A DNA stretch of 64,000 nucleotides, taken from contig NC_082734.1 in assembly GCF_030144855.1 (NCBI RefSeq), positions 30,504,001 through 30,568,000 on the forward strand, given 5' to 3'. Below the pieces are notes generated by a model that was given only the letters and a program-made list of their open reading frames with translations, ran no database searches and had not been told where the DNA came from. The translations under genes and the position numbers were made by a program. Below, piece after piece: positions 47,810-61,104 of the stretch (position 1 is the stretch's first letter; every line of letters begins with the position of its first letter). The DNA comes from Hypanus sabinus (taxonomy: Eukaryota).

Positions 47810-50143
47810 TTGTTAATGGCCCAGGATTGATAAGCGATCTTGAAGTAAAGGAGCCATTAGGAGGTAGTGACCATAATATGATAAGTTTTTATCTGCAATT
47901 TGAGAAGGATAAGGGCAGATCAGAGGTGTCAGTGTTGCAGTTGAACAAAGGAGACTATGGAGCCATGAGAGAGGATCTGGCCAAAGTTAAATGGACGGAT
48001 ATCCTAGCAGAAAAGACAGTGGAACAGCAATGGCAGGTATTCTTGGGAATAATGCACAAGGTGCAAAATCAGTTCATCCCCCGGAGAAGGAAGGATTCAA
48101 AGGGGGGTAAAGGGGCCACAGTGGTTGACAAAGGAAGTCAGAGATCACACCGCATTAAAAAAAAGTATGACAGAGCTAAGGTGAGTGGGAAGACAGATGA
48201 TTGGGAAATTTTTAAGGAACAATAGAACTTAACTAAAAAGGCAATATGGGGAGAAAAAATTAGGTACGAATGCAAGCTAGCCAGGAATATAAAGGAGGAT
48301 AGCAAAAGCTTTTTTAGGTATGTGAAGAGAAAGAAGATAGTTAAGAACAATGTTGGGCCCTTGAAGAATGAATTGGGTGAAATTGTTATGGGAAACAGAG
48401 AAATGGCAGAAGAATTTAATAAGTACTTTAGATCTGTCTTCACTAGGGAAGACACAAGCAATCTCCCAGATGTATGGATGAGCCAAGGACATAAGGTAAC
48501 AGAGGAAATGAAACAGATTGGCATTAGGAAAGAAACGGTGATGAGTAGACTGATGGGACTGAAGGCTAACAAATCCCCAGGTCCAGATGGTCTGCATCCT
48601 AGGGTACTAAAGGAGGTGGCTCTGGAAATTGCGGATGCATTGGTAATCATTTTCCAATGTTCCTTAGATTCAGAATCAGTTCCTAAGGATTGGAGAATGG
48701 TTAATGTTATTCCACTTTTTAAGAAAGGAGGGAGGGAGAAAACAGAGAACTATCGTCCTGTCAGCCTAACATCAGTAGTGGGGAAGATGCTAGAGACCAT
48801 TATTAAAGCTGAAATAGTGGCATATCTAGATTGCAGTGATAGGATTGGGCCGAGCCAGCATGGATTTACCAAGGGCAAATCATGCTTGACTAATCTATTG
48901 GAGTTTTTCGAGGATGTAACCAGGAAGTTAGACAAGGGAGATCCAGTGGATGCAGTGTACCTCGATTTTCAGAAGGCATTTGATAAGGTCCCACATAGGA
49001 TATTGGTGGGTAAAATCAGAGCTCATGGCATTAGGGGGAAGATATTGACATGGATAGAAAACTGGTTGGCAGAAGAAAGCAAAGGGTAGAGGTGAATGGG
49101 TGTTTCTCGGAATGGCAGGTGGTGACTAGTGGTGTGCCACAGGGCTTGGTATTGGAACCACAGCTGTTTACGATTTACATCAACGATTTAGATGAAGGCA
49201 TTGAGAATAACATCAGCAAATTTGCTGATGATACTAAGCTGGGTGGCAGTGTGACATGTGATGAGGATGTTAGGAGAATTCAGGGTGACTTGGATAGGCT
49301 GGGTGAGTGGGCAGATACTTGGCAGATGATGTTTAATGTGAATAAGTGTGAGGTTATCCACTTTGGGAGTAAGAACAGGAAGGCAGATTATTATCTAACA
49401 GTGTAGAGTTAGGTAAGGGAGAAATACAAAGAGATCTAGGAGTCCTTGTTCATCAAACACTGAAGGTGAATGAGCAAGTGCAGCAGGCAGTGAAGAAGGC
49501 TAATGGAATGTTGGCCTTTATTACAAAGGGAATCGAGTACAAGAGCAAAGAAATCCTCTTGCATTTGTACAGGGCCCTGGTGAGACCACACCTGGAGTAT
49601 TGTGTACAGTTTAGGTCTCCAGGGTTAAGGAAGGACATCCTGGCTGTAGAGGAGGTGCAGCGTAGATTCACAAGGTTAATTCCTGGGATGTCCGGACTGT
49701 TTTACGCAGAGAAGTTAGAGAGACTGGGCTTGTACACACTGGAATTAAGGAGATTGAGAGGGGATCTGATTGAAACATATAAGATTATTAAGGGATTGGA
49801 CAAGATAGAGGCAGGAAATATGTTCCAGATACTGGGAGAGTCCAGTACCAGAGGGCATGGTTTGAGAATAAGGGGTAGGTTATTTAGGACAGAGTTAAGG
49901 AAAAACTTCTTCTCCCAGAGAGTTGTGGGGGTGTGGAATGCACTGCCTCAGAAGGCAGTGGAGGCCAATTCTCTGGATGCTTTCAAGAAGGAGCTAGATA
50001 GGTGTCTTATGGATAGGGGAATCAAGGGATATGGGGACAAGGCAGGAACCGGATATTGATAGTAGATGATCAGCCATGATCTCAGAATGGTGGTGTAGGT
50101 TCGAAGAGCCAAATGGTCTACTTCTGCACCTATTGTCTATTGT
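47810..50143 (+). mobile_element. Young CR1 ORF2 (EN end + RT), few lesions, (CTATTGT)n tail
   Basis: LGGSDHNMI (APE end); ORFs 48322-49089, 49050-49406 and 49466-50059 are near-identical in protein to 39919-41364; inserted in an older Rex1-like remnant. Confidence 0.96.
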
Positions 50144-50845
50144 AGAGCTCCTTTCTGTATATACTCTGTCTTTGATGGCAGGTAAGCTGTTGCTGTTGAC
50201 GTGTTGGGCTGTGTTTACTACTCACTGTAGAGTCATCCTCTTTGCCGCAGTGCATTTTCCATGCCTAGCAGTCATGCAGCTTGTCAGGATGCTCTCTACT
50301 TTAGAATGACATAAGTATGCATGTCCAAAGTTTAGTGACATTTGCGATTGTCCAATCCACTGGAAACTTTCCTGAATCTATTGATTCTTCAAAGATCACT
50401 AATAATGCCTCCATATTCTTCAGAGCTACCTCTTTCAGAATCCTGGGTGTAGACGATCTGGACCAGGTGACTTACTTACCTACAGACCTTTCAGCTTCCC
50501 AAGCACCTTTCCCCAGTAGAAGTGACTACACTCACTTCTGACCCTTCACATTCCCCAATTTCTCCTTTACTGCTGATGTCTTCCACACTGAAGAGTGACA
50601 CAAAATACATATTCAGTTTGTCTGCCATTTTCTGCCCCCATTGCTACCTGTCCAGCATCATTTTTGTTTGCCAGCAAACCAATATCCACTCTTGATCATC
50701 TACCTTATTCCATATACTGCGTACCTTCAAATGCAACTCCTTCAGTACTGTATTCAGTGCCCTTTTCAATTTTGTCTCCATGTTACCAGAAGTTAAATGC
50801 TTTCTAAACATTTTGTCTTTTTCTTTATTCTGGAAACTTCTGTAA

Positions 50846-51795
50846 CAATAGACAATAGACCATTCAGTAGACCATTTGGCCCTTCGAGGCTGCACCGCCA
50901 TTTTGAGATCATGGCCGATCATCTACTATCAATACCCGGTTCCTGCCTTGTCCCCATATCCCTTGATTCCCCTATCCATAAGATACCTATCTAGCTCCTC
51001 CTTGAAAGCATCCAGAGAATTGGCCTCCACTACCTTCCGAGGCAGTGCATTCCAGACCCCCACAACTCTCTGGGAGAAGAAGTTCTTCCTTAACTCTTTC
51101 CTAAATGACCTACCCCTTATTCTCAAACCATGCCCTCTGGTACTGGACTCTCCCAGCATCTGGAACATATTTCCTGCCCCTATCTTGTCCAATCCCTTAA
51201 TAACCTTATATGTTGCAATCAGATCCCCTCTCAATCTCCTTAATTCCAGTGTGTACAAGCCCAGTCTCTCTAACCTCTCTGCATAAGACAGTCCAGACAT
51301 CACAGGAATTAACCTCGTGAATCTACGCTGCACTTCCTCTACAGCCAGGATGTCCTTCCATAACCCTGGAGACCAAAACTGTACACAATACTCCAGGTGT
51401 GGTCTCACCAGGGCTCTGTACAAATGCAAGAGGATTTCCTTGCTCTTGTACTCAATTCCCTTTGTAATAAAGGCCAACATTCCATTAGCCTTCTTCACTG
51501 CCTGCTGCACTTGCTCATTCACCTTCAGTGACTGATGAACAAGGACTCCTAGATCTCTTTGTATTTCTCCCTTACCCAACTCTACACCGTTCAGATAATA
51601 ATCTGCCTTCCTGTTCTTATTCCCAAAGTGGATAACCTCACACTTATTCACATTAAACGTCATCTGCCAAGTATCTGCCCCCTCACCCAGCCTATCTAAG
51701 TCACCCTGAATTCTCCTAACATCCTCATCACATGTCACACTGCCACCCAGCTTAGTATCATTAGCAAACTTGCTGATGTTATTCTCAATGCCTTG
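50846..51795 (-). mobile_element. Young CR1 3' fragment (same family)
   Basis: ORF 50929-51738 near-identical to the other two copies; tail ACAATAGACAATAG. Confidence 0.96.
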
Positions 51796-51799
51796 ACCC

Positions 51800-52440
51800 T
51801 CTCCTGCACTCTCCTCTCATTTTACTTTATCCTCACTTTTCCAAACTGTTAAACCCAACTCCACCCTCTAACTACTTAGATTAAAGCCGTAAGCACAGTC
51901 CTAGTTATACAACTCACCGGGACCCTGGTTCCAGCATGGTTCTGGTGGAGCCCATCCCATCGGAGGAGAGCCCTCCTTCCCCAATAAAGGTGCCTATATC
52001 CCACAAATTCCAATCCATTTTTTCCACACCGATCTTTGAGCCATGCATTTAGCTCTCTGATCTTATTACCCCTGTGCCAATTTGCACATGGCTCAGGTAA
52101 CAATCCAGGGATTATTATCCTTCTGTTTCTGTATTTTAATTTAGCCTCTAGCTGCTCAAATTCCCTCAGCAGAACAGCTTTCTATGTTTTTCCTACATCA
52201 TTGGTACACATATGAACCGTGACTGCTGTATCTTTCCCTTCCCACTCCAAATTCCTCTGCAGGTCAGATGAGACACAGGCACCAGGCAGAAAATACAGTC
52301 TTCAGGACTCTCGATCTTTGCGGTGGAGAATTTTCTCAGATTCCGGGTCATCAACTCTGAGCCTGAGTTCCTTAAACAACCAACACTTGCTGCAGGAAAT
52401 ACAATGGTGTCCACCAGCTACCACATCATACAGCTACGTC
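51800..52440 (-). mobile_element. CR1 ORF1 remnant (SGNH esterase-like)
   Basis: IRELNAWLKDRCGKNGLEFV...WGRRALLRWDGLHQNHAGT (DxxH motif); Cys-rich N-terminal remnant ~52340-52440. Confidence 0.75.
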
Positions 52441-53784
52441 ACCAGGAACAGTTTAGAGATGTCAGAGGTAGGTTTCTTACATGGAGAGCAGAATACACTG
52501 TTAGGGGTGGGAGGTTGATACATTAGAGGCATTTAAATGATTGGCACATGGATGAAAGGAAAATGCATTACATGCTATGTTGGAAGGAAGGCTTAGATTG
52601 ATCATGAGTAGGTAAAAAATCGGCACAACATCATGAGTTGAAGTGCCCATACTGTACTATACAGTTCTATGTTCTAGGTTGCATAACTCACCAAGACCAT
52701 TTCCTGCTCCCTCAAAACATGCTAGGTCACCATTATTTTACTCCCTTTATATTTAACATTTATTTTCACACCATTTGACCTCAGCAGCATCCTTTATCGT
52801 GCTCTGTGTTATAACTTTGTGGTCCTGGTTAGAATTCTATTAATCTTAAAGTTATACAGTATGGAAAAGTCCCTTCAGCCCAATTCTTCCATGCTGACCA
52901 GGGTCTCTACCTGAGTGAGTTCCATTTGCCTACATAAGGCTCATATCCCTCTAAACCACGTAACTATCCAAATATGTTTCAAACGTTGTAATTATAACCA
53001 TCTCAACCTCTTCCTCTGGCCACTTGTTCAAAATAACCACCATCCTGGAGACTCACTGGTGTTCACAGAATCTCCTCTCTGTCTCACAAACTATCATCTC
53101 TCCTGCCAATACAGTTCTCCTGGACTAACCCCCACCCTCCTGGTGCCCTGCATTAGTCAGTCATTGTGCCACAGATCTGCAAGGTCCTCAGAAGAACAAT
53201 CTTATTTTCTCCCTCACACATGGGACATTTCATCTCCTGGATACCAGATCAGGATATTATTGATGAGACAGTGACAGATAAATCCAATACACAATTCGGG
53301 TAAGGTGGGAATGCAAGGCTTGTTCGCACAGGAAATGACTGTACTGAATCTCACTGACGAGTTTGAAGGGAGCTGGATAAACACTGTGGAAATATATCTG
53401 TAACCCTGAAGTCTTTATGAATTTATAACTTTTGTAAAATGTCATGCGACAAAATGGAACCAGTGTGATCCCAGAATGCTTTACTGGATTGGAAGTGAGG
53501 CTTACAGGTCTCTGAGTTTTATCAATATGTTAGGGGGGAAAGTTTTGACAATAGGGAAACGCAGGACACAGCTGTCATGGGGAAAGAAGCCTCTAAAGAC
53601 AAATGGACTGGTTGAAGAATAGATGCCAGGAACCAGAGACATTTGCATATAATGGAGGAATGTTATGGAATGGAACAACCTAATTACTGTGCGTAGTAAA
53701 AAGTATAAAAGCTATAAGATTGAGGCTATTTTCCAGACAATAAAGTAGACTTCCTTTGCAAGTAAATAATAAAATGCATTTACA

Positions 53785-54015
53785 AGCACAACACTTTACA
53801 GTACCAGTGACCCAGGTTCAATTCCTGCTGCTGCCTGAAAGGCATCTGTACATTTTCCCTCTGACTATGTAGTTTCCTCCAGGTGATCCAGTTTCCTTCC
53901 ACAGTCCAAAGACTTACTGGTTAGTAGCTTAATTAGTCATTATAAATTGTCTTGTGATTAAGCTAGAATAAAATAGGTGGATTGCTGGGCTCAAAGGGCT
54001 ACACTGTATCACAAT
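53785..54015 (+). mobile_element. tRNA-derived V-SINE-like element
   Basis: B-box GGTTCAATTCC ~53816; V-domain-like TTTCCTTCCACAGTCCAAAGAC; A-rich end. Confidence 0.7.
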
Positions 54016-55049
54016 AAATAAAAATAAATAATATTGGTCCAGCTGACGTTGGAGTTTGGTACTGTATATTAAAAGACCCAAATGAGCAGTACATGACAAC
54101 ACACAAGGGAATAGGGCACATAAGGATTCTAGTGATAAGGAGAAGAGAGAAATGAGATACATTGGGGTTCCACAGGATGGGTGCTGAGATTATGTTCTTC
54201 CCACTGGGGGATCTTGATCAAGGGACTCGGAACAACAGCCTCAGAATAAGGAGCTACCTACTTTGGAAAAGCTTGTGGAGGAATTTCTTCTCTCTGAAGC
54301 TCAGGAATCATTAAAATTCTCTCCTCCAGAGAGCAATGGAAACAGAGTGACAGAAAATATTCAAAGCCAAGACATTAAGAGTTTTGGTCTGGAGGGGAGT
54401 TTGGTGTGGTTGTGAAGAACTGGCAGGAAAGTGGACCTGAGGCTGAGTTCAGACCAGATCTGATCTTAGTGACCGAGGAATAGGTTCTAGGAACCAAATA
54501 GTCTCCTTTAGATCTCTGAGTCATAGTCATATACCACCAGAGCACAGAAACAGGTGCTTCAGCCCATCTAGTCCATGCAGGCTTGTTTTCTGCCTAGTCC
54601 CATCTACCTTCATCCAACCCGTTACTATCCACACCTCTCTTATTGTGTACCTATCCAAATATCTCTTAAATGTTACAGCTGAACCTACATCTACCACTTC
54701 CAGTGGCAGCTCATCCACACACGTACCACCCTATGAGTGAAGAAGTTCCCCCTTGGATTCCCCTCAAATATTTCATTTTTCCTTGTCAACCTATGATCTC
54801 TAGTTCTAGTCTCACCCAACCCCAAGGGAAAGAGCTTTCATGCATTTACTCTGTCTTTACCACTCTCAATTTTGTCTACCTTGATAACATCTCTCCACAT
54901 TTTTCCTGAAATCCATGGAATAACCTATTCAACCTGACCCTGTAACAAAGGTCTTTAAGTCCTGGCAGCATCCTTGTAACTTTTTTCTGCATTCTAAAAA
55001 GCTTCTTGATATTTCTCCCGTGATTAGTTGACCAGAAATGGACATGATA

Positions 55050-55600
55050 CCGTGGATTCTGATTAATTGGGACACATCAGGACCAGTACATTTAGTTCCT
55101 ATTAAGCAGCTGTCCCAATTGGCTGAAGTTTCATGGAAAAAGGTATAAAAAAGACTGTACTGTTTAACTAAGTAATAAATTATGTATTTAAATGAAATAC
55201 AGAACAAGTTAGAACATTACAAATACTACTACAGTACTACCCACTGTGTATTAGTTCCTAATATTTATTGATGAATGAACTCATCCAGTGTACACTGCTA
55301 AGTTATTTTGATTGACCTTAAATGAACAAAATCAGCACAGACACCTAGTGCAGATAATGGACTGTCTTCATACAGTGCGATCAATGATTGCATCCTCCAA
55401 CTCTACATTTTCTTTGTAACATTCAAGATTATTGTCGATAAAGTCAAATTCTTTGTCACTCAAAGCCATTTCTGGCATCTCCAAGCCTGAATTTTTCTAC
55501 TGCTTATTTCTCACCAATTATCAGTGACAAAAGCACCACCATGTGCAATTGTCTAAATAACCAGCTGTCCCAATTAACAGATGACCCAATTAACCTGAAT
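55050..55600. mobile_element. Non-autonomous Tigger/pogo-like element
   Basis: Imperfect terminal inverted repeats GATTCTGATTAATTGGG ... CCCAATTAACCTGAAT. Confidence 0.55.
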
Positions 55601-55991
55601 TTGGATTCACCAAAGTCTCGTACAACTTCAACAATAACATCCCAACTCCTGTACTAAATGCCTGATTTATGAAGGCCAATGTGCCAGAAACTCTGTGTAC
55701 ACCTGTGATGTGACATTCAAGGAATTATGGATCTATATTCCTAGGTCCCTTTGTGCTACCACACACTATGATGCAAGTCCAGTGGAAGGCCTATCCTGGC
55801 TTGTCCTCCTGAAAGACATCTCACAAATGTCTGAATTAAATTCCATCTGCCATTTTTCAGCCTATTTTCCCAGCTGGTCAATCCCACTGCAAGCTTTGAT
55901 AGAATCCTCGCTGTTCACTACGCTTCCAGTGATGGTTTCATCCACATATTTGCTTAACCAGTTTACCACATTTTCATTCTAAATCATTAAT

Positions 55992-56358
55992 ATACATTCA
56001 GTTTATTAGGTACCTCCTGTACCTCATAAAGTAGACACTGAGTCCACAGTCTTCTGCTGCTACAGCCCATCCATTTCAAGGTTTGAAGTGTTGTGTTTTC
56101 AGAGATGCTTTTCTGTAGACCACTGTAGTCATGTGTGTTTATTCGAGTGACTGGAGGTCAGCCGTTTCTGAGATACTCAGACACTCCATCTGGCACCAAC
56201 AATCGTTCCATTGTAAAAGTTACTTAGATCGCAGTTCATCCTGTTCTGATATTTGGTCTGAGCAATCTGACCATGGCTGCATCGAGTTGCTGCCCCATGA
56301 TTGGCTGATTAGTTATTTGCTTTAACATGCTAGGGTACAAGTGTGGCCACTGTGTGTA
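55992..56358. mobile_element. Non-autonomous Tc1-like element
   Basis: TA-flanked decayed termini TACATTCAGT..TTATTAGGTAC ... GTGGCCACTGTGTGTA. Confidence 0.5.
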
Positions 56359-57229
56359 GAAGATAAACAACAACGGACCCAGCACTGATCCTTGCATCAC
56401 GCTGTTAGCAATGGGCCTCCAATCAGAGAGACTTCCATTACTATCAATCTATCTGCTCCCATGTGGCAATGCTCAATCTAATTCACTTCTTCATCCTGAA
56501 ATGCCAAGTGACTTCCACTTCTGAAACAGCCTCCAAGCAGGACTTTGTCAGAGGCCTTGTTAAAGTTCAAGTAGACAATGTCCACTACCTTTCCTTCAAC
56601 AACTTCCTCAAAAAGCTCTATAAAACTGGCTAGACATGACCTGAACTTACACACAGCCATGATGACTGTCCCACATCAGGCTCTGTCTATCTAAACACTT
56701 ATACAGTATATTGGCTCCCTTGGAATATCATCAATATTTACCCACAACTGATATCAGCCTCACTGGTCTGTAATTTACTGGTTTACTCTTAAACAATGGA
56801 ATGACATTAGCTGTCCTCCAGTATCTTACCCATGGCTAAGGACATTATAAATACCTCTGCCAGTGCCTTTGCTACATCTGCACTCACCTCCTGTGAGTTT
56901 CCAAAACATATCTTGTCAGGCCTTGGGGATTTATGCAACCTAAATTGCCTCAAGACAGCAAACCCCTTCTCTTCCACATTCTGGATATATATATATGACC
57001 TCACTACACACTCCCACATGCCTGTTTCTCATATTCTGATGTTTAACCAGATGGGAGGTTTCTAGAGCTTGAGTGGAGGATGTGAACTGGAGTGACAAGG
57101 CTGAGGATGGGGCAGTTGGTATACAAATAGATCAGAAGATGTAGAAACCTTGTGCGTAGAGTTTAGAAACTGCAATGGTAAAAAACCCCTAATGGGAGTT
57201 ATATGCACGCTTCTAAATAGTAGCCAGGG

Positions 57230-58930
57230 AAGGTGGGACCTGCACAGAAGAGTTGGTTTGCACCTGAACTGGAAGGGAACTACAGTAATATCCTAGTGGG
57301 TAGGTTTGCTGGTGCTGCACTAGGGGAGTTAAATTAGAGTTGCAGGAGACATGGAAACCAGGGTGCCAGACCAGATAGTGGAAAAGTTGTGGAGACAGGC
57401 GTTGTTAAGACCTGAAACAAAATCAGGCATCAAAAAGTTGAGCATGATGGGACTAATGTTCCTAGTTGTGAATATTTCAATGCAAAAAGTATCAAAGGGA
57501 AGGTAGATAAACTCATAGCATAGATCAACACATGGAATTATGACATTGTAGCCATTGCTGTGACTTGTTTGCAAGAGGGGCAGGTGTGGATTGGGACAGG
57601 CTGTTTTCTGGCAAAGGTGTACTTACGAAGTGGGAGGCCTTCACAAGTGAAATTTTGAGAGTACAAAGCTTGTATATGCCTGTCAGAATAAAAGGTAAAG
57701 ATAACAGATTTAGAGAATCTTGGTTTCCAAGAGATATTGAGGCCCTGGTTAAGGAAATAAAGGGAGGTGCATAGCAGATATAGGCCGGTAGGAGCAAATG
57801 AGGTGCTTATGGAGTATAAGAAATGCAAGAGAACACTTAAGAAAGAAATCAGTAGGGCTAAAAGAAGGCATGAGGTTGCCTGAGCAGACAAGGTGAAGGG
57901 GAATCCTAAGGGATTCTACAGATACAATATGCTAAGAGCAAAAGGATGGCAAGGGACAAAATTGGTTCTGTAGTAATCCATGCATGGAGCCAAAAGAGAT
58001 GGGGAAGATCTTAAATGGATTTTTTGAATCTATATTTACTTCAAAGACTGACACAGAGTCTACAGACATGAGACGAAGTACCATAACTTTGTGGACCCAA
58101 TACAGGGGACCAGGTGTTTGCTGTCCTGAGGCAAATTTGGGCGATAAATCCCCCCCCAAGGCCTGACAAATTGTTGCCTTGGGCCCTGTGGGAGGCAACT
58201 GCTGTCATTGAAGGGGCCCTAGCAGAGATACTTAAATTATCCTTAGCAAAAGATGACATACAGGAGGATTGGAAGATAGCTGATGTTTTTCCACTGTTTA
58301 AGAAAGGCTCTCAAAATGAAGGCTGGTGAACGTGACATTAGTGGTGGGGAAGTTATTGGAAGGCATTCTATGGCACCGGATAGATTAGTATTTGGATAGA
58401 CATGCACCAATTAGGGATAGTAGATACCAGGAAAGCTTATGAAGGCAAGGCAGTGGATGTTGTGTACATGGACTTTAGTGAAGCATTTAACAACATTCTG
58501 CATGGGAGGTTGGTCAAGAAGTTTCAGTTGTTCAGCATTCAAAATGAGGTAGTAAATTGGGTTAGAAATTGGCTTTATGAGAGAAGCCAAAGAGTGGTAG
58601 TAGATGGTTGCATCTTTGACTGGAGGCCTGTTATGAGTGGAGTGCTGGAGGGATTCAGTTGGTGCTATGTCAATGATCTGGATGATAATGTGGTTAACTG
58701 GATCAGCAAATGCAGATGGAGATGTAGTGAACAGCAAGGAAGTCTATCAGAGCTTACCACAGGATCTGGACCAGCTAGAAAATTGTGCTGAAAAATGGCA
58801 TATGGAATTTAATACAGAAAAGTGCAAGGTATTGCCCTTCAGTATGGGGCCAGTGTGGGGCACTGAGTGTTGTAGAACAAAGAGGTCTAGAAAATCAGAT
58901 CCATAATTCATTGTAAGTGACACCACTGTT
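57230..58930 (+). mobile_element. Old CR1 with internal deletions (ORF1 end, EN start, RT)
   Basis: GLHLNWKG; YDIVAI; EDWKIADVFPLFKKG; VDVVYMDFSEAF. Confidence 0.85.
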
Positions 58931-58935
58931 AGATA

Positions 58936-60845
58936 CTTTACTTGACTTTGTCACCAAACAATTGATACTAGAGCGTTCAATTATCACAGTGATACTTGAT
59001 TCTGCGCTTTGCGCTCACTAAAGTACAAATCGAAGTAAAAATAATAAAAATTAAAATTATAAATCATAATTAGAAAATAGAAAAGGGAAAGTAAGGTAGT
59101 GCAAGTCAGATCTGGATATTTGGAAGGTTCGGCCCAGATCCGGGTCAGGATCTGTTCAGCAGTCTTATCACAGTTGGAAAGAAGCTGTTCCCAAATCTGG
59201 CCGTACGAATCTTCAAGCTCCTGAACCTTCTCCCGGAGTGAAGAGGGACAAAAAGTGTGTTGGCTGGGTGGGTCGTGTCCTTGATTATCCTGGCAGCACT
59301 GCTCCGACAGCGTGCGGTGTAAAGTGAGTCCAAGGATGGAAGATCAGTTTGTGTGATGTGCTGAGCTGTGTTCACGATCTTCTGCAGCTTCTTCCGGTCT
59401 TGGACAGGACAACTTCCATACCAGGTTGTGTGCACCCTAGAAGAATGCTTTCTACGGTGCACCTATAAAAATTAGTGAGGGTTTTAGGGGACAGGCCAAA
59501 TCTCTTCAGCTTTTTCAGGAAGTAAAGGTGCTGGTGGGCTTTCTTGGCAGTGGACTCTGCTTGGTTAGACCAAGTCAGGTCATTTGTGATATTCACCCCG
59601 AGCAACTTAAAGCTTTTGACCTGTTCTATCTGCGCACCACCAATGTAGATGGGGTCGTGCAGTCCGCTACTCCTGAAGTCAACAACCAATTCCTTTGTCT
59701 TGCTGACATTGACGGATAGTTTATTGTCTTCGCACCATGCCGCCAGGTTCTTAATTTCCTCTCTGTACTCAGACTCATCATTACCCAAGATGCGGCCTAC
59801 AATTGTGGTGTCATCAGCAAACTTATATATTGAGTTTGATAGAAACTTGGCTACACAATTATGGGTGTACAGTGAGTACAGCAGGGGACTGAGTACACAG
59901 GTGGGGCACCGGTACTCAGAGTGATTGTAGAGGAGAGCTTGTCCCCTATTTTTACAGCCTGGGTCCTGTCTGTGAGGAAGTTGAAAATCCAGCTACAGAT
60001 CTGAGTGCTAAGACCCAGGTTCTGGAGCTTAAGAATCAGTTTATTTGGAATGATGGTATTAAAGGCAGAGCTGTAGTCGATGAAAAGAAGCCTTACATAT
60101 GCATCTTTATTCTCCAGGTGTTTTAAGGTGGAAAATAGTGCCAGAGAGATGGCATCTGCCATTGACCTGTTGCTCCAGTAGGTGAATTGCAAAGCGTCGA
60201 GGTTGACCGGTAGGTTATGGTTGATGTGTGCCATAACCAATCGCTCGAAGCACTTCATAGCAATTGATGTTAGAGCCACAGGTCGATAGTCATTCAGGCA
60301 TGCCACCTTGCTTTGCTTCGGCACTGGAATTATCATTTCCTTCTTAAAACACGAGGGGATCTTAGACTGAAGCAGGGAGCAGCTAGAGTTGTCAGCAAAC
60401 ACTCCAGCTAGCTCGCTTGCACAGGCCCGGAGAACCCGTCCCAGGACACCATCTGGGCCCGTTGCCTTCCTTGGATTTATCTTCAAGTACACTCTTCTAA
60501 CATCTTCCTCGGTGACGATGAATCTTGATGCCACCAGGTCCGGTTCATCTAGAGGGGGCGGGACGCTCCTTGTCTGTTCGAATCTTGCGTAGAATACGTT
60601 AAGTTCGTCAGGAAGAGAAGCGCTACAGTTATTGATATTCCCAGCCTTTTCTTTGCGCCCAGTGATCTCATTTAGACCCTGCCATAGTCTACTGGCATCC
60701 CTCTGGTTAGCCTGGGCTTCCAACATGACTCAATATTGCCTCTTGGCACCCTTAATAGCTTTCTGGAGTTCACGCCTGGATTCCATGTAGCAACTGGTAT
60801 CGCCAGACCTAAAAGCCACAGCTCTAGCCTTCTAGCCTTCAAGAT
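58936..60845 (-). mobile_element. Rex1/Babar LINE, 5'-truncated
   Basis: NDYRPVALTSIAMKCFERLV; YVRLLFIDYSSAFNTIIP; NVSKTKELVVDFR; NSFFPTVIRLLN. Confidence 0.95.
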
Positions 60846-61104
60846 ACAATCATAAAGAGAGCTTTTGGTTGATTGGGTTTCATGAATCAAAGTATTGAGT
60901 ACAGGAGATGGGATCTTATGGTGAAGTTGTATAAGAAGGCATATGTGAACATCTGGATCTGTGCTTTCAGCCTATTACAAGTTTGATGGAGAAATTTATG
61001 AACAGATGAATGATGCACCATTGGGATCTCCTGTCTCTGGCCTAGTTGCAGCAGGCATAATGCAGAAATTAGAGAATACAATTATACCAGAAACCAAATG
61101 AAGG

